The notes under the pieces: generated by a model
What the model was told of the DNA's origin: nothing
The model's database searches: none
The model's input: only the letters and a program-made list of their open reading frames with translations
Translations under genes and position numbers: made by a program
Part shown: positions 25,701 through 37,700 of the stretch, piece by piece
Position numbering within the stretch: the first letter of the stretch is position 1
Layout: each line of letters opens with the position of its first letter
Assembly (NCBI RefSeq): GCF_037042905.1
Contig: NC_087251.1
Location: forward strand, 49,167,358-49,231,357
Direction: 5' to 3'
DNA length: 64,000 nucleotides
Source: Lytechinus pictus
Lineage: Eukaryota

Positions 25701-28700
25701 CAAAAATTCAAAAATTCTGTTTATATTGTATATTTCTTATGTTTACTATTTTGTTTCATTTTGCTTTCATATTAAAGTAAAATATTTCAGTTATCATTCC
25801 CAGACAATTATGAACAATTTGAGTGTCAAATGAGTTAATAAATTGGATGTGTACTGTAAGGGATTTGTGCCCCAATTGGCTCTCCATACTTAAACCACAA
25901 CTTTAAACCAGGGTTTAATTTAAACCTGAGTTCAGAATACAGGCCTTAGAGATTTGTGACATAGTTGGCTAGCCATAGTAAACCATAACTTTATACCAGG
26001 TGTCTGTTTCAAAAAGAGTTACAGCTATGTTAACATTGTCATTATGATACAACTGCCTTAATGGTAACAGAGCTTTACAGCCAATCACTATGAAGGTTTG
26101 CTTGGTAGAAATACGACAGTTGTAGATCAAATGACCCCACCCCCCCCCCTGAATTTTAAATTATATCCCAAGTTCAGAATACAGGCTCATGAGTTGTACG
26201 TGAAAATTCTGACCATGCATTTAGACCTGTGCGTCATTACTGTACATGTATTTATTATTTTATTTCCACATGAGAACACATCATAAATAATACTTATCAA
26301 AATTCAGTCGTGTTGTATTGTAGAGGGTTATATGATACAGAGTAATCACATAGCAAGAAAAAGGATATGCCTAAAATAAAGAACTTGTACATGTGCATGT
26401 TAGGTAGACAAGAAAGACCGGGCCCCGTCTTACAAAGAGTTAGGATTGAAATCCATCAGTGTCATAATTTTTAACCACGGGAAATGTGCATGACGTCCTT
26501 TGTAAACAAAGACGAGCTTTAATGAATTGTCAAGAAAACAATGAACATATGAATATACATCTTATCTAGAAAACATTTTGAACAAACATTCATTTTATAT
26601 GTTGGCGTTGTTGGCTTTCCATACTTGTGGTTGATTGGATCAATCTCTTTGTAAGATGGGAACCTGGGTCACATATATATTTCATCAAGGTGGGATTCTT
26701 TGGAAATGCACCTTCTAATGCTCATATTGAGGATTTGAATATTTAATTCAAAAAGTCAGTGAGGAAATGAGCTATCAAATATTTTTACTGTTTCTCTGTG
26801 TAATCTCACAGTTACAAAGTCTACAATCACTCAGTTTCTGAGGGAGCCTTATTTGATAGAAGACCCAGTGCTTGCCTACCAAGTTCAACTTGTAAGTGTA
26901 CCATACTTTATAGGGGTATTGCACAAATTTTATTTTGTAATTTATTGTAAATATTAAGTCATGGATCAAAATTTAGCTTGTACAAAATCATGCTTTTGAA
27001 TTCAAGAAGTATACCAAGTAAAAGTTGTGATTAACTGAAATTTTATAATTGTTTGGAGAAAATGAAGTTGTGAGTTTCTTTCTTGCAATGTCAGGTTCAG
27101 TGAATAGTATGAAGAGCAATTTAAATTATACAAACTTTATTATTAATTATTAATTATGAGATTATTAATAATTTTTATAATGAGATTGTTAATAATGGAT
27201 ATTGAGTTTACTACATATCATGTTGATATGATGCCATACCCCCCCCCAAAAAAAAAAAATCTAATGATGATTTTATTGAGACTGATATCATAGTGTTACG
27301 GCCCAGAATTATGAATTTCATGACACTAGTATAAGCTCAGATTATTCACCTACCATAGATATCTTAGTTACCCCAATTTTGAGTGTGTAGACTGTTATTC
27401 CCAGCCTAGGGTTTTAGATCATATAAAATGGGAATGACCATAGAGTCAAATGTTATTTCCTTCTTAACCAATTCATACCCCAGCATTTGTTTGCATTCAT
27501 CATCATCATCATCCGTTAAAGTACAGTCCACCAGGTTGGTGTATCATCGTACTTGTAGAATTATGCAGTAGTATGTACAGTGCTGTGGAAGATCTATTTT
27601 ATGTACACGTGCGGTTTAAAAAAAAAAAAAATCAGCGCAGTCTTAGCGCAATTGGATTTTCTGCACCTCAGCCTTGAAGCTGGCTACTGAAGTGCAGTTA
27701 ACTGTAATGGCAGGGAGAATATTCCACAGTCTAATGGCATCAGGAATAAAAGTTTTCTGATAAGTAACAGTGCGAGCATGTGGGACGTGTAACCTCATCT
27801 GATGACCACGAAGCGAAGTGGAAGTAGCAGCCTGGTTGAAGTACTGTACCTTTGGTACATCAACAATTGTGTTTACCAAGCGATAAACCATCACCACCTT
27901 GAACTGGGCTCTTTTCTCTTCAAGGATGGGCCACTGTAGCTGTCGTAGCATATCTGTGACACTACTAGTGCGACGATGGTCTCCCATGGTGAATCTAGCA
28001 TATCGTCGCTGCACCATCTCCAGCTTCCGGGTGTTGTCCTTGGTGAAGGGGTCTCACACTTCACATCCATATTCCAGGACAGGTCTGAGGAGAGATTTGT
28101 AACATAGAACCTTGACGCTTCTAGGGCATGAGTGCAGGTTATGTTGCAAGAAGGCACATGTAGAGTTGGCCTTCTTGGTGACCATGCTAATATGGTGGTT
28201 CCACTTCATGTTCTGATTAATATGAACACCAAGGTATTTTTGTAAAGGTTTATCATGAATGGAGTATGTCATGTTTAGTGGATTCCGCTTGTTGGTTACT
28301 GAGATAGTTTGACACTTCTGAGGATTGAATTTCATAAGCCAGTCTGACTCCCACTTCTGCAAGGAGTCAAGATCCTCTTGAAGTTTGTTGGCATCATCCT
28401 GAGATTGGATCTTGCAGTTGAGTAGGCAGTCATCGGCAAACAGTTTGGTTGTTGTCTGAGATGAAATGCAATCAGGCAGATCATTGATGTAGAATAGAAA
28501 TAGGAGAGGGCCGAGGACACTGCCTTGCGGCACGCCTGACGAGACTGGGATAGTATTTGAGGTACATCCATTGACGACTACTCTTTGAGTTCTGTTGTGG
28601 AGGAAGTCTTGAATCCAGCGCAGGGTAGTAAGACGAATGCCGTAGAACTTCAGTTTGTATAGAAGTCGGTGGTGAGGGACTTTATCAAAAGCCTTCGAAA

Positions 28701-31700
28701 AATCTAAAAGGATCATGTCGTGCTGTTCGCCTTTGTCAAGTCCTTTGGCAAGGTCATCACAGGTGAAAATGAGTTGGGTGATACAAGAACGTCGCTTTAT
28801 ACGGAATCCATATTAAGCAAATATTACTATACAGGTGATCCATAATAGAGCTGCAGAGAACATGTTCTAGGACTTTGCATGAGATAGATGTCAGATTTCC
28901 CATCATCATTCAGTTGTCCCATCTCTTTCTTGTATTCTTCTTGTCCACTCCATGTGATTATCCTTTGTTTTCAACAAAATCCTTACTAAGCTTTCTGTTC
29001 TCAAGGGATTGCAATTGTTCCTTATACCAACTGTTTCAATTGTAATCTCTGCAAAATGTCTGGGAGAACAGATCTGCTGATGGGATACTAATATAATGAA
29101 GGTGACTTGTTTTACCTTTATAATATAGCACTTTCGTACGTGATTAATCCAAAACACTGTTGCATCCATGCTTACTTTCATTTAAACGACGTTTCAGAAC
29201 GAAATTGTAAAAAGGTGCGTTTCTGAACGTCATTGACCAGAATCAGGGATTCTGGGGAAGTATAATTAGGACCATGATCATAAACGTGTTTAAATGACGT
29301 CATTTGGAACATGCTTCCGATGGGATGAAAATACGCGGGCAAATACAATTTCATGGTTCTATTATAGGGGGTTTCCTCCGTGGAATTACCTCTAAACTCC
29401 CTGGATTTAATAATGACCAATGTACATTTGCATGTGTGATTATTAAATTAAGTACTATCACAATGAATATTGATGAGGGATTTAAAAAAAACCAGAACAT
29501 GAATTATGATGAGACATTGCTGAGCCTGAAGCCCCAACTAGCATAAACAAAATGAGCCAGCTGCAGAATTCGCCTCTGGAACCATGTTTACAATTGCGTT
29601 CTTAAACTATGTTTAAAAAGCTGATTCTTTCTCCGCAATGGAAGCATAAACACACCCCTAGTGTGCAAAACAGATTTTAGTCAATCTTCACTCAGTCGTC
29701 ATTTTGAAGTAATCTAGAGAACGTCACAACTTGTGCTACATTTTTATCAGTCATTCTACCTTGTTGAAATAAACTAGTTATAACTGAACTACATTTATTC
29801 ATGCAGAGTCATTTTGTACGCCAACACTTTTACAGTTACAAAGCATGTAGACATATAAATCAGTTTAAAGATAAATGCCAGTTGTGGTAACGATTTCAAA
29901 ATGAGTTCGTACAGAATCAAATGAAATGACCATCAAAGTGTCTGTTTGAATAAATAAAAAATATGTGCCAAAGGATTCTGGAAGAAATTGTGTTATTGCT
30001 GAGAAATAAGCAAATAAGCACAGGATTTGGGTCAAGCGTCGGGCCGACATTCACAGCAATAATAATACACTGTCCCACGTGCGCTTATCTGTGTTGGTGA
30101 TCTTCAGTGTGAACATTTTTCAGCATAGATTTCAAGATTTCACAAAGTTCAGTTTATGTAACTGTACCAGATCTAGATCCTCGATGATATAGTGACAATT
30201 AAGCTTGGTTTTACACACTTTCTTGTGAAATCAGTGTTTACTGCAACTACTTTCATTTATCTTTAAATTTGTTTGTGTGTAAAGTTATGAATAATTAATT
30301 TTATCTTCATTCTGTATCTGTTTGACTTGGGTAAAATTTGACTTAGAAGATGTTATCAACATATGCATAATATTCTAGTCTGAAATATGCTCCAAGTTAG
30401 GCAATTATTTGACCTATGGAGGGTCAATGTATGCAGAGGCTACTGTAATTGTTTTGAGAGCTTTCCAAAATTGATATAAATTTTGAATTGTTCTTTTATT
30501 ATATTGCTAATACTCTGAAACGTGATGATTTACCATATGTATGAAGTGTTGCATTGAATAGATGTATCCATTTTCCCACAGTGCACTCTACATGATGTCA
30601 CGTATGGACCTTATGCAGAAAGCATTAAACAGTATCCTTTATGTTTTTCTTATTGATTTATATTGATTCTTTTTTTTCTCTCATGAAAGTTCATGTTTAT
30701 GAGTTATGTGATTTGTGCTTTTGATCATGGTTATTTTAAGTCAGTGTTGTGTTTTTTATACTCTTTCTCTCTTTTGCTCTGCCCTTCCCCTTCTCTCTCT
30801 CTTCATCTTTGATGAACAGAGAAAATAATAATTTGTAATCTACCAAATTAAAAAGTATATACTTTTACAACAACTAGATCATTTTCGTTATAGGTTTTCC
30901 TAGAAATTATATTCTTCTACAAAGTCTACATTACTCTCATATGTAGCCATATCACTTGGGTTTCAATCAATTATTTTTCATGTTTGAAAGTTGTAACACT
31001 TCCCATTCTATGAACAGTGATATTTTCAAATTTTGAAATGCATATTTTCCTTGAGTCGATGTATTACAAGCTCAGTGGGAAATGAATATGAATTCCTCTT
31101 GGTACAGTTGCTGAAAGAGAGGAAGATAGCATTCCTACGTAAGTATAGACAGATTCAGTTTGGTTGCCATTTTTATTGCAATTTCGGCTAAAGACAATGT
31201 TTGCACTGACCTAGCAGCACACATGGCTCATTGCATAACCAGTTGAATTATTTTTTTCTATCTTTTAAAGAACAGCTGGTTATGGTCACCATATGTTACA
31301 GTACTCTGTAAAGTCAGACTTATTTTTGTTTTTAATATTTTGCTACACGAGGATCTGTCTTATTTGGCAGCTTATTATGTGAGACAGTGTACACTTCTGA
31401 GGTCAAAGGTCAATATATGCTGTCCAATTAAGTCCATGATGGGCATGGAATGTGGATTTTTGTGTGTGTGTGTTTTTCTTTGTTCGGTTAGTTTGATGTG
31501 TTATTGTTTATCGTATTTTGTTTTGATATGTCTTGCTTGGAAAAGCAAAACTTATACACCAGATACATGTATACATATCATTTTTGGTTTAATAACATTT
31601 AGATAAAAACTGAAGGGATTGAATTTGCAAACTGATACATTGAAGAAATTGTAAAATGTCTTTTTTTTAAACTTGGTCAATACAGTGGTGCTAGATAGTT

Positions 31701-34700
31701 AGTGGACCCCACCTGAAAATGCACTCCTTAATGCAGATTGTTAAACGTAGGCAACAACACTACAATGTCTGGCAAGCCCAGAGAAACAAACTATATTGAA
31801 TGTGTTATTTTATCACCTGACTTCACAATTAAATATCTAACAGATGTAAGGAATTTGAATACTTATAAACTCATTTTTTTTGTGGGATTCACTAACATTT
31901 TAGCACCATTGTATGCCATATTATTTGCCATTATAGTATTTTGTAGTTCAAGAAGTTTAGTTTACTTTCATGGACCTTAGAGCCCCCTCACACCTAATCG
32001 AAGCCTGAAATATGCCTTGCGATGGCTGGCGAAAGGCATTTTAAAAAAAATCGCTTTCAATGGTAACTGATAGTAAATCATATTTACCCTTCGTGTTTGG
32101 GTTCGTACACCTTCTGAACTAACGGCTGCGATTATTCAAATTCGCGCGGAAATTTTGAACATGTTTAAAAATTCCAGATGAATTGAAAAATTGTTGGTCA
32201 TCTGTTTGAATTTGCATCTCTTATTTAGTCTGCGGTAATCGTTCGTTTTTCGTTCGTGTGTTATTGTCGTGCATAGTCCCTCATCGCGCTTTTGCCAAAG
32301 TGGATCGATCCCGAAAGAACCCTTTATGAAATAACACGATGACACAAACGCAGGGGCCGCGGAACGGTTTTTAAAGTGGGGGGGGGGGCTGAGCCAAAAG
32401 TGGGGGGGCTGACCATGCTAAAAATCACAATCATATGGTCATTTTTACGTTTTTGTACACGGTTTTGAAAAAAAGTGGGGGGGCTGAAGCCCCCCCCAGT
32501 TCCGCGGCCCCTGAAACGTACAAGAACGCCCGATCTATTCACTCGTCTTTGTTTCTAATCGAGTGCCATATCAAACCATTGCTCACTGTTTGTTCGTCTT
32601 ACTGGGTTATATCAACCCTTTGCTCGCCTTCGGCTGCAATTTACTCAAGGAGGTGAAAAATCGATATCCTTCGCTTACCGCTGTTCGTTGATAAAATTTG
32701 ACAATAGTTACTGATAGCATGATTTGACAGAAATTTTGTTGAATTCGCGTGCATTTTTTCCCATTCGTCACCCTTCATCCGCCTACATTCGGTCAGGTGT
32801 GAGGGGGCTTTTAATCACCACAAGTCCACCTCCTGGACTGTTGTACAATTTTTAAAAATATTTAGTACATATGTATACCGGTACATACCACCACATACAT
32901 ACACACAGAACTGTCATACAGAACAGCATTTTTGGGGGGGAAACACTGGGTTAAGGTGAATGACTGGGGGTAAGTGAATGTGTGTTATGTGTACAGGTCT
33001 CGTTGCAAAAGGGTCTGCCCAATCAATAAAAATTGTCCAGGACGTGGACCGTTGCCACTGGCTTTGGAACAATCTGTCACCAAGAATTTTAGTGTAATGC
33101 TGTCCTCTTGTGATCGGAAATTGCCAGGATATAGGAGTAAACTGATGATGAGAAAATGTGAAAGATTTCACTGGTAGAGGGACAGGGATGAGAGAGAGAT
33201 AGAAAAAGAAGAAACTGAGATTGAAAGAAAGAGAGAGAATGAGATGGATGACAGAGAAAGAGAGAGAGAGCAGGGGAAATGATTTTTATTTTGAATGTAA
33301 CTATGTAAGAATACATTCGTATATGCCATGATTTTGTATATTTCTTCTGTTAGAATTTGAAATTTGAAAATTTTGGATTAGAATTTAAATTTTAACCCTC
33401 AATCTCCCGGGGTATTTTGATTCTTGTCAATCCGGGGGGGGGGGGGCCATTATGGCCCCCCCTTAAGATCTCGGCCGCCGATTGCGCGAGCGACGCAAAA
33501 ATTTGCACACTGGTAGTGTGCGATGTAATCTACAAGGCTGTATGGTAAAATTTTCCAAAATAATGAGATTTTATTTTATATGAATTAATTATGCTAATTT
33601 ATGCATAAATCATACTTTTTGCTATAATTCACTAAATAAAGCTCCTAGAATGCTAATTTTTGGTAAAAAAATTCTTTGTAGCAATCTTAACAATCGCAAT
33701 TAAAAAAACTTCGGTTCGGAAATCAATTTCTTATGTATTTTATTGTTTTATGAATTTCTTATGTATTTCTTTGTTTTTTTACTTTTTGTTTTTTATTGTT
33801 TTTTCAATGGAAATCATTCCAGACTTAGTTCTGATCATAAACAAGGCAAAATTAATTCAGTTTAATCAGTAAAAGTAGAAATAATGATACATTTATGAAT
33901 TTTGGCTAAATACACAATTTGCATTGGATTTGTACATGAAATCACGTTTATGAGCAATTTTGGGTCTGACATGCACTTACATAATGTTGCGTAATGTCGT
34001 AACCGTGTACCCGGGCGTCACAAATTTGGTTTCAAAATTTGCGCGAGACTTGAAAGTAAAAAGTCAGTGAGCGGCGAGGTCAAAAAAATTTGCGCGGCAG
34101 ATATATCGCGAAAATTGTCAAGGGGGGGGGGGCCATTATGGCCCCCCCCCCCCCCGGGAGAATTAGGGTTAATGGGAATATGAATTTGAAATTAAAATAA
34201 AAACAATACTGAGAAGGGGCTCTAGGTACATATCCACAAATTCTAAATTCACAAGAGAAATTCTAATGGCAATACACTAATCTCTTGCAAGAAGAATGGT
34301 GTAATGAAGACAAATCAGTAATGAATCTCAAAATAGCATAAACCTCTCCAAAGGTTGGTTGATCTTTATATTCCACCCCTTGGAGTGGATATATCTCTAG
34401 ATTGCAGCATATAAACTGTGAGCAGCACACTGTAAGGCCTTTTTTTTCAGTCTTCTAATTTAGTATTTCACCTAGCGTGTGTGTTCGTTTACAATGTGTC
34501 TTGAAGTAGTTATTATAGTTTGTGTACTTAGTATTAATAATATTCCTCAATGCTGAATACAATGTACAATTTTCTTTTTCTACAATTTATTTCTTTGTAT
34601 TATCAGAAGTAATTATTTTGTGCTTATGTGACTTCATGCAATTTAAGTATAATTTTGTATACTGTTTATATCTATTTGAATGGTACACACATTTTTTTCA

Positions 34701-37700
34701 GCTTTTGGCTCCAATGCATGTTTTTCTTATTAAACTATTCAAAATTGTATTTTATTGAAATATTTTATTTGCAGAAGAGGATGACATGAGAAAGAAGGGA
34801 TATGACAAGACTCCTGATACTAAATTAGAGGTGCCTGTAGGTAAGTCAGGATCACACAACTTTTAAATGCTAAACTTTAATGACAGATCTGCTATAAGCC
34901 AATCAAATTCCATGATATCAGTAGCTAATGACAGTAGCATGTAGCTTGTGAAAGAAGTTAAAATGTATTATTTGAGATCTTCCCTGGGTGAGGATTATCA
35001 GTTTGATTCGGTGGCGGATACAGCGGGGCACAGCCGGCCCGGACCCTCCCCCTTGAGAGCCATAATCAAAATTTGTAATGTAAATATACTGTTTTTACTC
35101 TATCATTATTATTATTATTATTGTTATTATCATTATCATTATCATTACTATTTAATATTGTTGTTATCAATATTGATATTATCATTGTTATTTCATTATT
35201 ATTATTATTATTAATATTTTCTTGCATGACAGCCTGGAATGGTCACATCATTAACTGGATAGAGAGTAAAGCTTCATTTGGAGATGTTTTCAGTCATAGC
35301 AATTATCTCAAGGATCAATACCTCAGTTATGCCAACAGGTAAAGTGCCTCCAAGATATATTAGCTATGTTTACCACTTTCCTTGTCACACCATGTTTTTT
35401 TTGTTTTTTTTTTACTATTGTGTTCTATGTTCTGTTTGGTTATTAGTTTCTATTATTTTTTTGCTTTTCCAGTCTTTGTATTTAAATACTAAAATTTTAT
35501 TGGGGAGATCCCACAAACCACAATCTCCATAAAAAGCATTTTATTTTAGTGGATCCCGCCATCTCTACAGATATTGATAATGAATGATAATTTCCTCTTA
35601 TATTTTGTAATGTTTACTCATGAAGAAAAAAACTTGAATATAACTCAATGTACATTGTTTGTGTGATTATATATCATATACAATGACATTGTGTTTCCTT
35701 TTTTTTCTGTTGGAAGTGAAATAAATATTAATTCGAAATTTGATTTTCACTTTATCTCTGATAATGTATACCCAGCTCAACTTTATCAATAATTATGATT
35801 TCCCTGGCTAACATACATGTACAGTATGTATAAGAGGGGATTACTAAGACGAGCTTAGCTTTACTTGGTTGGACAGCCTGATACTCCCATAAAACAACTA
35901 CAGAAGGTCCAGAATTCTGCCGCACGACTTGTAAAGCGTTCAAAGCTGTCGGATCATATCACTCCAGTTCTCAAGGAATTACACTGGCTGCCTGTTAGGC
36001 AAAGACTTACAGTTCTTTCCTTGGTCTTTAAACTTAAAAGCAACCAGACACCAGTGTACCTATCAGATCTTCTGGAGGTGAAGAGATCATGTAGACCCGG
36101 TCTTCGTTCAGGGAATGTTCACCAGTTCCAACAAGTGAGAGTGAACCATACGGGACTGGAACGACCTTCCCTTAACCACTACGTCAATGCAATCCCTTGA
36201 CAAATTTAAGGCTGCTCTAAACTAATCAATGTCGCATCTGCACCCGACCACAGCATCATGGAACTTTCGTTCTGTTGCTGTGTACCCGTGATGATGATGA
36301 TGATGATGAGGTCCTGGGGTGACAGATCTTTTTCTGCTGCTGGTCCCTGTTTGTTGAATTCACTCCCATTGGACATTAAGTCTTGCCAGTCGAGAGTGCT
36401 ATTCCACAACAAATTGAAGACTTACCTCATGAAGAAAGCATTTCCTTAATTGTTGTGGGATCTGGCCTACTTGTTATTTTGACGACCAACTTTATATGAT
36501 TGTGTATTTTTTTTTCTTGACAATTTGTTCAATTTTTGTGTATTTATTAATTTTATTTTCTGTATTGTATAAGTAGTTAATTGTGCGCCTTGAGTGTCAT
36601 CGACAGATATGTGCGTTATACAAATCTTTGATTATTATTATTATCAGCCCTGCATTTATATGTCAGTTACAAATTCAAATTCAAATTTATTTATTTGCAA
36701 GTTGGAAAGGAACCATACCTTTTTTACAGTGTATATGCTGATCATCTTCCTATATTATTTCTAACTGAAGTATACCTTATGATATTTATATATATATTTC
36801 CTTATTGTAATTGTTTTTTTGAAAATTAGCACAAATGAATTAATTTAATTGAATTGAAAATTTAATATTTGGTATTTCATGCTGAGAAACTTATTCTAAT
36901 TCTAAATCAAATACTGAAACTAAATTTATGAATTTGAAAATACCAATATTTATTTGAAGGTTAGCACCACCTTCCAAATATTTGGTAATTAATGCTGACA
37001 AACTTATTTTAATTATAAGTCAAATACTAAAACCAAAATTAATTAATTGGAAAACAATAATATATAGTACTTATGAAAGGTGAATATCTTGAGTAAAATG
37101 ATTATTTTCTGCATTTTAAATTCCAGTCCTGAAATGGAGACATATAGTTGCTGTGGCATGGCTGCTTTCATTTCAGTGCAAAACTGGGTGTATTTTGTTA
37201 TATGGCTCTGTCACTGAAATTAATTTGGACAATGTTGAGTATGAAAGCAATGCAAAAGAGGGAACAAACTGCAGGCAAGAAAACCAACGGTAACTGAGGA
37301 GTAGTCAAGACTGTTTTCCTCCTTGTGGAAAGATTGGATGGAAAAGAATGAAAACATAAAAGGAATGATACAAAACAAAATACAATGAACATTGTAAATT
37401 CACTTCACTTTTGTATTCTCTCAATATCATTCTAAAAGCATTTCAAGGTTGTTAAAACTGCAAGACTTTTCAAGTGCTATGCAGTTGGAGTTAAGATGAC
37501 AACCTTTTCCTGTTAAATAAAAGTTATTTATAAATGGAGAAAAGCAACGGACGTTGCAAGTACTTTTTCCAAAGGAATGCTATTACTTTCCAATTGCTGA
37601 TAACCACAATGTTAACTAATGTGAAGAATTGTCCCCTAATAGATTTGTATCTGTCATAGTCATGGGTTTATCTACCACATTTCGGGTAAATGTCAAACAT

